In this document: positions 10,213 to 19,399 of the stretch, piece by piece
How positions within the stretch are numbered: the stretch's first letter is position 1
Layout: the number at the start of each line of letters is the position of its first letter
NCBI GenBank assembly: GCA_964652405.1
Contig: CAZZAW010000001.1
Location: forward strand, 205 to 64,204
DNA length: 64,000 nucleotides
Reading direction: 5' to 3'
Origin: an uncultured Ramlibacter sp.
GTDB lineage: Bacteria > Pseudomonadota > Gammaproteobacteria > Burkholderiales > Burkholderiaceae_C
Notes under the pieces: model-generated
What the model was told of the DNA's origin: nothing
Databases searched by the model: none
Seen by the model: only the letters and a program-made list of their open reading frames with translations
Program-made: the position numbers and the translations under genes

Positions 10213-10913
10213 TTTCCAGCCTCCTCCACCACGTTCATTGACGTGATGTAGATGCCCAGCGGGTTGAACTGAATCTCCTCTTCCGTTTTCGGGGGCACCC
10301 GCTCGTACTTCAGGGTCAGGCGATAGCTGGCCGTGGCGGCATTGGCGTTGTTACCCTGTGCCTCCTGTGTCCGGAGATGCACGAAGGCGATACCCGGCTG
10401 GCTCACGTCGACCGCCTTGATGTCCACCCGGCGCTGCAGCGAGGCGTCCTTGGTCATCCGCTCCACCACGTTCTGTTTGACCCGGAACTCAGTGAACTGG
10501 GAGGTGCCGAGCCCCTTGGTCCAGAGGTTGGCTTCCCGGAAGTGCTGAGGCGTCAGGGCCGCATCGATCGTGAAGACCTTGGTTGCCCACTTTCCGAGTT
10601 CGGCTTTCATGACAGCCTGGTCCGGCGTCACGTTTTCCATGCGCACGGGGCGGGAAACTACCCCTAAATCGTTACTAACCGGGACATAGAACGGAATCGC
10701 CACGTTGTTTTGGGCGGTGATGACCATCCCCACGGAGGCGATCACCGCCACAGAGACGGCGACCATGGCGACAACGAACATCCGCGCCTCCCCGACCTTC
10801 GCGGAGCCGTAGATCTCGGCGAACTGGTTGGCAGGGTCCGAAAAGACGCCGGTCTGCCCGGGGTCGGTCGGGTCGACAAGGGTCGCGGGACGCTGGCGCT
10901 GGCGGGACAACAC
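10209..10913 (-). CDS. trbF: T4SS protein TrbF/VirB8
   Basis: Single TM, then periplasmic domain ending in FNPLGIYITS; likely GTG start at 10913. Confidence 0.85.
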   Translation of the reverse strand: MLSRQRQRPATLVDPTDPGQTGVFSDPANQFAEIYGSAKVGEARMFVVAMVAVSVAVIASVGMVITAQNNVAIPFYVPVSNDLGVVSRPVRMENVTPDQAVMKAELGKWATKVFTIDAALTPQHFREANLWTKGLGTSQFTEFRVKQNVVERMTKDASLQRRVDIKAVDVSQPGIAFVHLRTQEAQGNNANAATASYRLTLKYERVPPKTEEEIQFNPLGIYITSMNVVEEAGK

Positions 10914-11112
10914 GGGGGGTGCTTCTGGATGTAGGTGGTCCAGACGATTCTTGTTTGCCACCCTCTTGAACCCGGAAGCGCATTGGTGCAATAAGGCCCA
11001 TTGCGGCGGACGGGGCCGCGAATTGGCATCTCTCACCGGTGGTGAGCGGTCCCGCGATCACGGCCGAACACGGCTGAGAGAGCCTTTTCAGTACCTGGCG
11101 CAGAATTCAGGT

Positions 11113-11913
11113 ATGCCTCGCGTCCACCACCACCGTGACCAGCAGGTCCTGATCTATGAAGCGCCCGATGAGAGGCTGGAGATTCCCGCGCAGGGCGCGT
11201 ACGTGGTTTGCCGCTATGCGGGAGGTTTTGGCGGATTCTGGGTGGACCCGAGCGAAACCATCTGCTTGTCTGGTGCGTCGCCCCACGACACCGTGGCAGC
11301 CGCACTTCAGCCGATCCTTGACGCGATCGACTCGCTGTTTGCAAGCAAGGAGGCCGAGCGAGTTCAGGATTTCAAAAGTGCGGTGGCCGACGTCCAGATG
11401 CCGGCACCACCACGACCCGAAGACTTTGTCTTCTTGAGGGGCGAGGAGGTGCCAGTCTCCATTCCCTTGAACGTGGTGCTCGCGGTCCTGAATAGCTCTG
11501 CGGAATCGTCAGTGAAGGACCGACTCTTGGACGCCTTGCGAGCCAGCAAAGAGGCGGTGGTCTACGGTGTCGTTCAGACATCAGACGGCAAATTCGCCTT
11601 TGACACCGCGCGCTACACGTCTGCGCTCTATCGCCGAAAGCAGAAGCGCGTTGCGGAATCGGCGATGGAATCGCTCAAGAAAGCGGTGCGCGACATCGCC
11701 GATGTGAACGATTACCTGCAGCACGAAACCAACGCCGCATCCGTACCAGGCCTGAGCGTCGAAGGGCAAGGCCTGCTCGCGATGCCTGAGCCGCCGCACG
11801 AGGCGTTTGCCGCCGTAAACGACGCTTTACCTAAGGTGCTCGCCGGCGCGAGCAACGTACAGCGCAACTTGGCGGAAGGCGCTGAAAAGCCTCAACTGCC
11901 GGATGCCACGTGA
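11113..11913 (+). CDS. Hypothetical protein
   Basis: ATG at 11113, about 266 aa, natural composition, 4 nt gap before next + strand ORF. Confidence 0.55.
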   Translation: MPRVHHHRDQQVLIYEAPDERLEIPAQGAYVVCRYAGGFGGFWVDPSETICLSGASPHDTVAAALQPILDAIDSLFASKEAERVQDFKSAVADVQMPAPPRPEDFVFLRGEEVPVSIPLNVVLAVLNSSAESSVKDRLLDALRASKEAVVYGVVQTSDGKFAFDTARYTSALYRRKQKRVAESAMESLKKAVRDIADVNDYLQHETNAASVPGLSVEGQGLLAMPEPPHEAFAAVNDALPKVLAGASNVQRNLAEGAEKPQLPDAT

Positions 11914-11917
11914 CTGA

Positions 11918-13030
11918 GTGATGAACGATGAGCCTTCGGACCCGGTCGACGTCCTTGATGCTTTGGCCGCTCGTGTACGGGAGATCGAGGAGCAACTGGC
12001 ACAGGTACACGCTTGCGAGGAACACCTTGAGATCCGTGCCCGGACGTTTGGAGGCGGGTCGGTTCACTTTGTGCGGCAGTGCACGATTTGCGGCCAGCAG
12101 CGCTCTGGCCCGCTTAAGGCGTCGGTCGCGAGGACCGAGCTCGCCGGGAAGGACGTCCCTGTATTCGATCCTGGCGCCGACGACCAGTACCGGGCAGCGC
12201 GCAGCGCCCTCTATGCAGAACTTTCCGAGCTGCAAATCAAGATGCTGGAGATCGTGCGGCCGGAAACCGCGGCGGCAAACCGCGACGAACGGACCCAGAT
12301 CGAGGCGGCGCACGCGGAAGTGGAGTTGCACATGACGAAGGCTGTCGACGCTTCAACGCCGCTAGCCCACCGCGAACACGTTCTTGTCAAAGCGCTTTTA
12401 AGTCACCGGGACCGGTACACGCCGAAATCGGACGCCCCCGCGTCAAAGCGTTTTGGGACAGAGAAAGACCTGGCCGACTGGCTCGAGGGCTGGATTCGGC
12501 AAGACTTCGAGGTCTGGAAAGAAGTTCCCGGAATGCACCTCGCCGAGCAGGCGCGCGTGCGCATCGACTACGTGCTACGCCCAAAGCAGCACCTGGTGGA
12601 GGCTGGCTTTCACGACGGTTTCTTCGGCATGGAGCTCAAGCTTCTTCCGATCGAGCATGGCTTCAGCCCAAAAGCCTCGCGCGCCGTCCGCCAAGCCATG
12701 TCCTATATCGATTGCGAGTTTGACTTGGAAGCAGAAATGGTGCGCCTCCCCCGAGTGCTGCTCTTCACCAACATGTCGTTCGAATTTGAGCGGCTGCAAC
12801 TCCGAGGATTGGATCCAGGCGTACTGTCCAACGATAGGGCCAAATGGGCAGCATTGTTGGAGCTAGCGAACCACGCAAACGTGGGAACCTTCGACATCTA
12901 CGGAACGAGGGAATCGTTTGCAGGGTGGCGTATTAGCTTCGCAGCCGGCAAATACTTCGGGCGACACCTGAAACGCTACGAGTTGGCCAACCCTCGGCTA
13001 TTCGAGAAGGTGCGAATCGGGAATTTCTAA
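11918..13030 (+). CDS. Putative PD-(D/E)xK nuclease-like protein with N-terminal zinc-binding motif
   Basis: HACEEH...CTICG; C-terminal EV...RIDYVLRP...GMELK...QAMSY restriction-endonuclease-like pattern. Confidence 0.5.
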   Translation: MMNDEPSDPVDVLDALAARVREIEEQLAQVHACEEHLEIRARTFGGGSVHFVRQCTICGQQRSGPLKASVARTELAGKDVPVFDPGADDQYRAARSALYAELSELQIKMLEIVRPETAAANRDERTQIEAAHAEVELHMTKAVDASTPLAHREHVLVKALLSHRDRYTPKSDAPASKRFGTEKDLADWLEGWIRQDFEVWKEVPGMHLAEQARVRIDYVLRPKQHLVEAGFHDGFFGMELKLLPIEHGFSPKASRAVRQAMSYIDCEFDLEAEMVRLPRVLLFTNMSFEFERLQLRGLDPGVLSNDRAKWAALLELANHANVGTFDIYGTRESFAGWRISFAAGKYFGRHLKRYELANPRLFEKVRIGNF

Positions 13031-13063
13031 CGGTGCTAGGTGAAATTACGATGCTCAGATCGG

Positions 13064-13260
13064 CTTTGAAATTGCCACTGCTCTTGACATCCTCCCCCGC
13101 CCGAAGACTGAGGATTTCTACTGCAAAGGCCACAGTGCGAGACACTCTCATACCAAGACTTTTGCTTCGACGGGTTCCTGCTTCATCGGAGCTGCACGCT
13201 TAGGTCTTGCGACCGAGGCGCGACTGACATCTCCTCCACAGGCAACGGCCGAGAAGTCTG
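13064..13260 (-). ncRNA. IS200/IS605-family right end and predicted TnpB omegaRNA (scaffold plus guide)
   Basis: Minus strand reads ...ATGAAGCAGGAACCC...GTAGAAATCCTCAGTCTTCGGGCGGGGGAGGATGTCAA, a typical right-end hairpin ending in TCAA (13084-13087). Predicted guide GAGCAGTGGCAATTTCAAAG. The 5' boundary is approximate. Confidence 0.7.
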
Positions 13261-14455
13261 CAGACCCCGTCAGCCAGACCGCGTGCCCCGCGGCCAAAAT
13301 GTTCTTTGCGGCGTGGACGTCCGCGTTCTCTGTGTGGCCGCAGGCTACACAGGCGAAGACGCTTTGCGTCTTCCGATTCTCTGAGTCCTCGTGGCCGCAG
13401 ATGCGACACGTCCGGCTGGTGTACGCCGGGTTGACGAGAATGACTTGGCCACCGCGCCACTGGACTTTGTACGTGAGCTGCCGGGTGAACTCGCCCCATC
13501 CGGCGTCGTGGATGCCGCGGTTCAGGCCCGCCTTCTGCCGGAAACCTTTGCCTGGGCCACCGGCCGTGCCGGTCGCCGCGGCCATCATGTTCCTAATGCG
13601 CAAGTCCTCGAGGGCGATGACGGGGTGCGTACTGGCCAGGTCCGTGGAGAGCTTGTGAAGCCAATCTTCCCTCTGCGCCGCAATGCGACGATGCAGAGCG
13701 CCAAGCCTGGCTACCGCTTTCTTACGGTTGGAAGAACCCTTCTTCTTGCGGGTGACACTACGCTGGTAGCGCCGCAACCGCACCTGATGGCGTGCTAAAG
13801 CCCTCAGCGGCTTTACCCGCAAGCCATCCGATGTGGCGGCGAACACAGCGAGACCAAGGTCGATGCCTAGGGTCGGTGCGACTCCCAGGGCCGGCAATAC
13901 CTGCGCCGTTTCAACCTGCAAAGAAGCAAACCATCTCGCGCTCTTTCCTGACCCTTCTCTAGTGATAGTCACGTTGCGTAGCGCCCCATCCGTGGGCCGA
14001 CTCATTCGCAGGCGCACCCACCCGAGCTTCGGGAGCTTGATCCGACCATTCGCCGCATCAAGTTTGAACTCCGTCGGCTTTGGGAAGCGGATGCCCGGCT
14101 CATCCCCATAGCGCTTGAACTTCGGCGGGCCAGGTCGACCGCGGCCGCCAGCCTGCCCCATCTTCGCTGCGGCGAAGAAGCGCCGGTAGGCCTCGTCCAG
14201 CTGGCGCAATACCTGCTGTTGCGGATCACAAGGACCATCGGCAAGCCACGAAGTTGCTGGGTCGTTACGCCATGCCGTGAGCCATTTGCTCATCTCGACG
14301 TAGCCTGCGTATTTCTCGCCTCGCGCATGTCGGGCACGTTGCTCAGCCAAGGCCATGTTCCAGACGCGCCGACCCATGCCGGCAAACCGACGCAACCGGG
14401 ATTCAACCGATGGTAGAGTGCGCAGTTGGAAGCGGAAGGCCTTGATGGTGGACAC
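13148..14455 (-). CDS. tnpB: RNA-guided endonuclease TnpB (IS605 OrfB family)
   Basis: N-terminal KAFRFQL HTH; RuvC GIDLG / LEDL / NADVHAAKNI; zinc finger CRICG..CVACG; GTG start at 14455. Confidence 0.93.
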   Translation of the reverse strand: MSTIKAFRFQLRTLPSVESRLRRFAGMGRRVWNMALAEQRARHARGEKYAGYVEMSKWLTAWRNDPATSWLADGPCDPQQQVLRQLDEAYRRFFAAAKMGQAGGRGRPGPPKFKRYGDEPGIRFPKPTEFKLDAANGRIKLPKLGWVRLRMSRPTDGALRNVTITREGSGKSARWFASLQVETAQVLPALGVAPTLGIDLGLAVFAATSDGLRVKPLRALARHQVRLRRYQRSVTRKKKGSSNRKKAVARLGALHRRIAAQREDWLHKLSTDLASTHPVIALEDLRIRNMMAAATGTAGGPGKGFRQKAGLNRGIHDAGWGEFTRQLTYKVQWRGGQVILVNPAYTSRTCRICGHEDSENRKTQSVFACVACGHTENADVHAAKNILAAGHAVWLTGSADFSAVACGGDVSRASVARPKRAAPMKQEPVEAKVLV

Positions 14456-14472
14456 GGTTCGAAGAAGGCGGT

Positions 14473-14871
14473 TTAGAACACGACGCTGAAGAGTCCTCGC
14501 GCGATGCCAAGGAGACCCTTCAGCACCAGCACAAGCACGCCAAGGGTTCCAAGCACTACCAGCCACGGATGTGACCCAAAAAGCTGCTTGTACATCGCCA
14601 ATGCTGCCCGCGGCTTATCCTCACCGGGTGATCCGTCTAGCGCATCCGCATCCTGTTCGGCCGCTGCCAGGCCGTTCTCCTGCGCCGTGAGGGCGATGAA
14701 GGCGTCTATCTCTTCCTGTACTGCGACGTTGTGAAGCGTCCCGCGGAGGGCTGTCGCGATGCCGATCTGGTCCTGCGGCGGGAAAAGATGGAGGGAACCG
14801 AGCCACCAGGTCACGAATCGGGGTTCGTGAAAGGCATAGCCATCAGGCAGCGGCTGCTTCTCCAAGTCCAT
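14473..14871 (-). CDS. Small protein with C-terminal membrane anchor
   Basis: ATG 14871 right after the AAA stop; 132 aa; hydrophobic C-terminus WLVVLGTLGVLVLVLKGLLG. Confidence 0.55.
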   Translation of the reverse strand: MDLEKQPLPDGYAFHEPRFVTWWLGSLHLFPPQDQIGIATALRGTLHNVAVQEEIDAFIALTAQENGLAAAEQDADALDGSPGEDKPRAALAMYKQLFGSHPWLVVLGTLGVLVLVLKGLLGIARGLFSVVF

Positions 14872-14873
14872 CC

Positions 14874-17015
14874 TCAACTCTCGGCGAGCACGACCTGTGC
14901 CGCGCGCTCCAGGCTTTCGGACGTGATCACCAGTGCGCCCTCGCCCGAGTGCGCCTGAATCGCGGTGTTCAGTGCGTGCTGCAGCACACCGTCGACACTG
15001 GCGATCGTGCTGCCTTTCAACATCTCGGCGACGTCGAACGCGTCCAGGCCAGCCTGCAGAATGGCTCGCTTCTTCTTTAGCCATTCCGAGACGTGCCTGG
15101 GAATGTCGTCCTGATTCGGGGCCTCGAACCGGATCTTCTCGGTGAAGCGGCCGGGACGCAGGAGCGCCGGGTCGACCATCTCGGGGTTGTTGGTTGCGGC
15201 GATGACCACGACGTCTTTTACTTTTTCATCGCTGCCGTCCATGAGCACTAGCATCCGATTGGTGAGTTCGGGCGTCGCGCTGGCAAGGCGGTTCTTCAGA
15301 AGCTCGTCCGCCTCATCGATGAAGATAATGGCCGGCCGGAGATCTTTCGCCTGGGCGAAGACCTTGGCGAGCCTGTCGCGGTCCGCAACAAGATCCGGGC
15401 CCGCAACACTGATGAAGGACCAACCTGATTCCTTCGCGATCGCCTTGGCCGCTACGGTCTTGCCAGTACCGGGAGGGCCGGAGAACAGGACGCCACCGGG
15501 CAAGGTTCCGCCCAGCGACTCGATCCGCTCCACATCCTTGAGGCGAGACATGATCAGTTCGAGCGAGCTGCGAGTGTCCTGAGGCAGAATCAGGTCCTTA
15601 AGCAGTTTCGTGCTCGCCGGCAGTTTCCCCTCGCGACCTTGAACCTCGCGCAGCGCCTTGGTCCAGTCATCGAATCCGATGGTTTCGCCCGGGCGGCCCT
15701 TGAAAGTCTTGCCAACCTCCTTCGACACAGCCAGCAGCCTGGCAACGGAAAAACCGTTCCAACGGCCAGCGATGGACAGCAGGCCAACCTCGTCGACCAC
15801 GGCGTCAGGCGCCTGCTTCTTCGCGCCGGCGCGCAGGAGCCCGATGCGGGCTTCTTCATCCGGCGGCGTGATTTCGACCTTCAAGTCGAACCGGCCCTCA
15901 CGGACGGCAGCGGGATCGAGCTTGTCCAGAAAGTTCGTCGCGCCCACGAGGACAACCTTGGACGTCCTGAGCCGAACGATTTCGGTCAGCAGCGTGTTGG
16001 CCACGCGCCGGTCTTCGCTGTGCAGGTTTCCGTCCCGCGAGGGCAGGAAGCCGTCGATCTCGTCGAGGAACAGTACGCAAGGCGCCTGGCTGCGGGCGTA
16101 CTCGAACGTCTTCTGCAGAACTTTGGGGGTCTGCCCTAGCCATTTCGAAGAAACGTCCGTATAGGTGAGCTGGATGAACGGGACCCCCAGCTCGCCGGCC
16201 AAAGCCTCAGCGAAGTCAGTCTTGCCGTTACCCGGTTCCCCGTGCATGAGGATGCCATTCTGGAGAGCTTGCTTGCCTTCCTCGCGATCTTCAATGACAA
16301 GTCGAGCGGGCTCCAGCAGTTTGGCCTTAACCGAAGCCATGCCGAACAGGTCCTTGAAGGTCAATTTCGGTGTGCGTGCATTGACAGGAACCTCGTACTC
16401 CTCGTCGTCAGCTGCCTTATTGCTGGCAGTCTGCGAGCGTTCGGAGTAGTTCAAAGCCACAGACACATCTGAGTCCGACGGGACGTTGAAGCCAAAAGCT
16501 GGAGGCCATTTCCAGAATGCAAACGTCAACAGGGAGACGACAGTCGCGCCAATCGCATAAGGAATGTGCGAGGACAAGGTCCCTTCGTACGTATACCAGC
16601 CTTTGTAAGCAGCGAGCCACAAGATCCCAGCAAAGCCCGCCGCGTGCAACGCTTGATCGCGGGTTGTATCTTGATTGCCGGACTGGTTAGAAACGAGGGG
16701 ATACTGCGGGTCCTTTCGGGGGACCATCATCCACATCTCGAACCAGTGCAGGGCTACCGCATACAACAGCAGAAACGCGTAGGACGTCAAAATAAAAGCC
16801 CGCATGAAGCCAATCGACTTCTGGCTCCATTCGAATGGCAGTGGCGCGATCAGGAGCCAATAAGCTGGAACCCACCAGGCCAGAAAGACGGCAATGAACC
16901 AGCCATAGAAGGCGTACTCATGCACCTTCTGAAGAAGGCGCGCATACCAAGCGGAGCTGTTGCACAAAGCGGAGTGCCGTACGTCATACGGCATTTGGTA
17001 GAGCGGCTTGCTCAT
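14874..17015 (-). CDS. Membrane-anchored tandem AAA+ ATPase (Cdc48/FtsH-like ATPase modules, no protease domain)
   Basis: About four N-terminal TM helices; two AAA modules (GEPGNGKT/LFLDEID/REGRFD and GPPGTGKT/IFIDEAD/RPGRFT); no HExxH domain seen. Confidence 0.85.
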   Translation of the reverse strand: MSKPLYQMPYDVRHSALCNSSAWYARLLQKVHEYAFYGWFIAVFLAWWVPAYWLLIAPLPFEWSQKSIGFMRAFILTSYAFLLLYAVALHWFEMWMMVPRKDPQYPLVSNQSGNQDTTRDQALHAAGFAGILWLAAYKGWYTYEGTLSSHIPYAIGATVVSLLTFAFWKWPPAFGFNVPSDSDVSVALNYSERSQTASNKAADDEEYEVPVNARTPKLTFKDLFGMASVKAKLLEPARLVIEDREEGKQALQNGILMHGEPGNGKTDFAEALAGELGVPFIQLTYTDVSSKWLGQTPKVLQKTFEYARSQAPCVLFLDEIDGFLPSRDGNLHSEDRRVANTLLTEIVRLRTSKVVLVGATNFLDKLDPAAVREGRFDLKVEITPPDEEARIGLLRAGAKKQAPDAVVDEVGLLSIAGRWNGFSVARLLAVSKEVGKTFKGRPGETIGFDDWTKALREVQGREGKLPASTKLLKDLILPQDTRSSLELIMSRLKDVERIESLGGTLPGGVLFSGPPGTGKTVAAKAIAKESGWSFISVAGPDLVADRDRLAKVFAQAKDLRPAIIFIDEADELLKNRLASATPELTNRMLVLMDGSDEKVKDVVVIAATNNPEMVDPALLRPGRFTEKIRFEAPNQDDIPRHVSEWLKKKRAILQAGLDAFDVAEMLKGSTIASVDGVLQHALNTAIQAHSGEGALVITSESLERAAQVVLAES

Positions 17016-17072
17016 TGCGTAGATCTCTCCCCTACTGAACTGCTTCCGAATCTACGCCGGAAGGTGTCCCTG

Positions 17073-18614
17073 TCAACCCCTTTTCGGGTCGATCGACCGC
17101 TGGGGTTTCGTCACTGTCAAATTGGGCCGTGGGGGGCCCATGTGACCAGGGCCCATGGGACCTGCTTTTCCAAAACGCTCCTCCCTGCCAGCGTTCACCC
17201 GCTCAAGGTAGGACTCGTACTGACGTTGCCCCTGTTGGGACATCCTCGCGGTATCCCTCCCAATAGCGTGGCTGCCAGCCTTCTTCGCCGCTCGGACGTC
17301 CAGTTCGGCACGGCCCATTGCCCCCGCGGCGGTTAGGATCCGCCCCGCAGCAGCCACTAGCGGCTTCACAGCGTTCGGCGCCGAGTTTGTAAGCCCCTGC
17401 CCCCCGTACTGCGACCTTCCAGCCGAAGCCCCGCCGCCGCCCCCGCCAGCGCCGGCACCACCGGCCCTGAATGACCCGCTAGGCTGCATTCCGCCCGTAA
17501 TTGCCCTCGTCCCCAGGGACTTGGAGGCAATATTTCCCCAGCCCGAGAACCCTGCGCCCGACCCGCCAGACACAAGACCGGTCGCGATCGAGGGCACCTG
17601 GGCCATCAAGTAAGCGCTCAGCCCCGCCAGGAGGATCATGCCAGCGTAGAGCACCATGTCCACCGTGGCGGCGGCCAGTGCGCCGGTCGCCGCTGCGCTC
17701 GCCTTAGCCGACAGGCCGGCCAAGCTAGCCATGATGACGTCAGTGACCTTGAGCATCACCAGACCGACGATCTTCATCATGCCGGCGCCGAGCAGGAATC
17801 GCAGCCAGCCCTCCCACATGAAGGAGGCTGGCTGGAACATGATGAATGGCACGAACAAGGGCGCCAGGATCAGGGCGATCACGGCGCTCACCTGGCTCGT
17901 AATCAGTGTGGCGAGATAGACACAGAGCGCCAAGACGACCAAAAAGGTCGCCGCGGCACAGGCCACGAGCTTGGCCAAGTAGGAGCTGAGCGCGGGGAAC
18001 CAGGTCGAAATGTCCCAAGAAACCCCGCCCGTGTTGCCTACGGTCCACATGTTCGAGAGTGTCGACAGCGTGTTGACGGCGGACTCGTTGATGACCGAGG
18101 CCACACTGGCACTTCCACCCACTCCGGTGATCGCTCCGGCGATGGTGTCCAGGCTGGCCAGAATCAGGGTGCCTACGTCCCGGTCCAGGAACAGGGTGGC
18201 AACGCCCGTCACAACGAAGAGCGACACGAGGTCGCCCAGCACCGAGGAAAAGAACCCTCCGCCAGCAAAGAAACCTTTGAGGCTGATCCAGACGAAGTTA
18301 AGAAGGAAGAAAAAGCCCACCAGGTACATGCCCAAGCCCTGAAGCCCACTGCTGTTCTTCATAGCTTTAAGGTTGTTCTCGATGCTGTTGACCATCTCGT
18401 GCAGGGCCGTCGCCCCGTTGAAGTCGGTCTGAGCTGCGCGCGCCGCGGCCTGCGCTGGGGTCGTGGGCGACTGCGCCACGCTGACCAGCGAACTGCAAAG
18501 AAGCAGGATGAGAATTCCGACCACGAACTTCTTCAGCAGCCCGCCAGAGGCGTCGCTTGGCCCGCGAACCACGAAATCTGAGAACCGGGCGTCAATCCAC
18601 TGCAGCCGCATCAC
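17073..18614 (-). CDS. trbL: T4SS polytopic membrane protein TrbL/VirB6
   Basis: Multiple TM helices, LILAPLFVPF, QVPSIATGL, Gly-rich tail; follows trbJ. Confidence 0.85.
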   Translation of the reverse strand: MMRLQWIDARFSDFVVRGPSDASGGLLKKFVVGILILLLCSSLVSVAQSPTTPAQAAARAAQTDFNGATALHEMVNSIENNLKAMKNSSGLQGLGMYLVGFFFLLNFVWISLKGFFAGGGFFSSVLGDLVSLFVVTGVATLFLDRDVGTLILASLDTIAGAITGVGGSASVASVINESAVNTLSTLSNMWTVGNTGGVSWDISTWFPALSSYLAKLVACAAATFLVVLALCVYLATLITSQVSAVIALILAPLFVPFIMFQPASFMWEGWLRFLLGAGMMKIVGLVMLKVTDVIMASLAGLSAKASAAATGALAAATVDMVLYAGMILLAGLSAYLMAQVPSIATGLVSGGSGAGFSGWGNIASKSLGTRAITGGMQPSGSFRAGGAGAGGGGGGASAGRSQYGGQGLTNSAPNAVKPLVAAAGRILTAAGAMGRAELDVRAAKKAGSHAIGRDTARMSQQGQRQYESYLERVNAGREERFGKAGPMGPGHMGPPRPNLTVTKPQRSIDPKRG

Positions 18615-19399
18615 CGAAGCTCCCGCATGTTCCGAAGCGCCTCGATCTGCTGCTTTTCGAGGGCCTTCTGCTGGGTGTTCATTTCCGTCAGCTGTTGCGC
18701 GTTTCTGGCGGCCGCCGCGCGCTCATAGGCCTTCTGCTGGGCCTCGATCGCCTTGTCGCTGCCCTGTGCTTCCGCCGTCAGCTGCACCAGACGGGTCAGC
18801 TGCTGGGCGACCACGTTCATCTGGCTGTTCAGCAGCTGTGTCGACTGGTGCACGCCGACGGTGCCCGGGATCTTGTCTCCGAGTTCGCGTACGAGTGCCA
18901 CGTCCCGGCGCACTTGGTCGACCTGCGCCAGTTCGCGATTGATCCGCGCCTTGGCGAGGTTGTTCCCCAGGTCGATCTGCTGCTGCTCGCGCTGCAGGTA
19001 CTGCTGCAGCGTCATGTTCGAAAGCCGCGCTTCCGTCATACGAACGTCGAAAACATTCTGCAGCTGGCCCAAGTCCCTGCCAAAAGTCCGAAGAGCTCCT
19101 TGATAGTTGTCCAAATCGCCCTTGATCTTCAGGACATCGCCGATGTTCAGGCCGCTGATGCTCATGCCAGCGCGCAGTTGCTCCTGCAGCTGCTGGTACT
19201 GCGTCGTGTAAATCTGAACGAGCTGAGAAACGGTTCTGACCTGCTGTTGGACCTGGGCCACCAGCTCCCCGTTGTTCAGGAGCTGGGTAATTTCGGTCGA
19301 GCCACCTGTAAGGCCTCCGCCGCCGGCGGACACCGTTGGGATGAAACTCACCGTCATCGCCAAGCAGGCGATCACGGTCCTAAGCCTGGATGGGAACAT
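18611..19399 (-). CDS. trbJ: T4SS TrbJ/VirB5
   Basis: Signal peptide, then GGSTEITQLLNNGEL (TrbJ N-terminal motif); Gln-rich helices. Confidence 0.85.
   Translation of the reverse strand: MFPSRLRTVIACLAMTVSFIPTVSAGGGGLTGGSTEITQLLNNGELVAQVQQQVRTVSQLVQIYTTQYQQLQEQLRAGMSISGLNIGDVLKIKGDLDNYQGALRTFGRDLGQLQNVFDVRMTEARLSNMTLQQYLQREQQQIDLGNNLAKARINRELAQVDQVRRDVALVRELGDKIPGTVGVHQSTQLLNSQMNVVAQQLTRLVQLTAEAQGSDKAIEAQQKAYERAAAARNAQQLTEMNTQQKALEKQQIEALRNMRELR

Noticed and set aside
11075-11086. TGAGAGAGCCTT shared with 52553-52564
   Set aside because: A single 12-nt match with only two copies; within chance expectation.
13148-14455. TnpB as a nuclease-dead TldR-type repressor or as Cas12
   Set aside because: All three RuvC acidic residues are present, the end is IS-type, and there is no CRISPR array.
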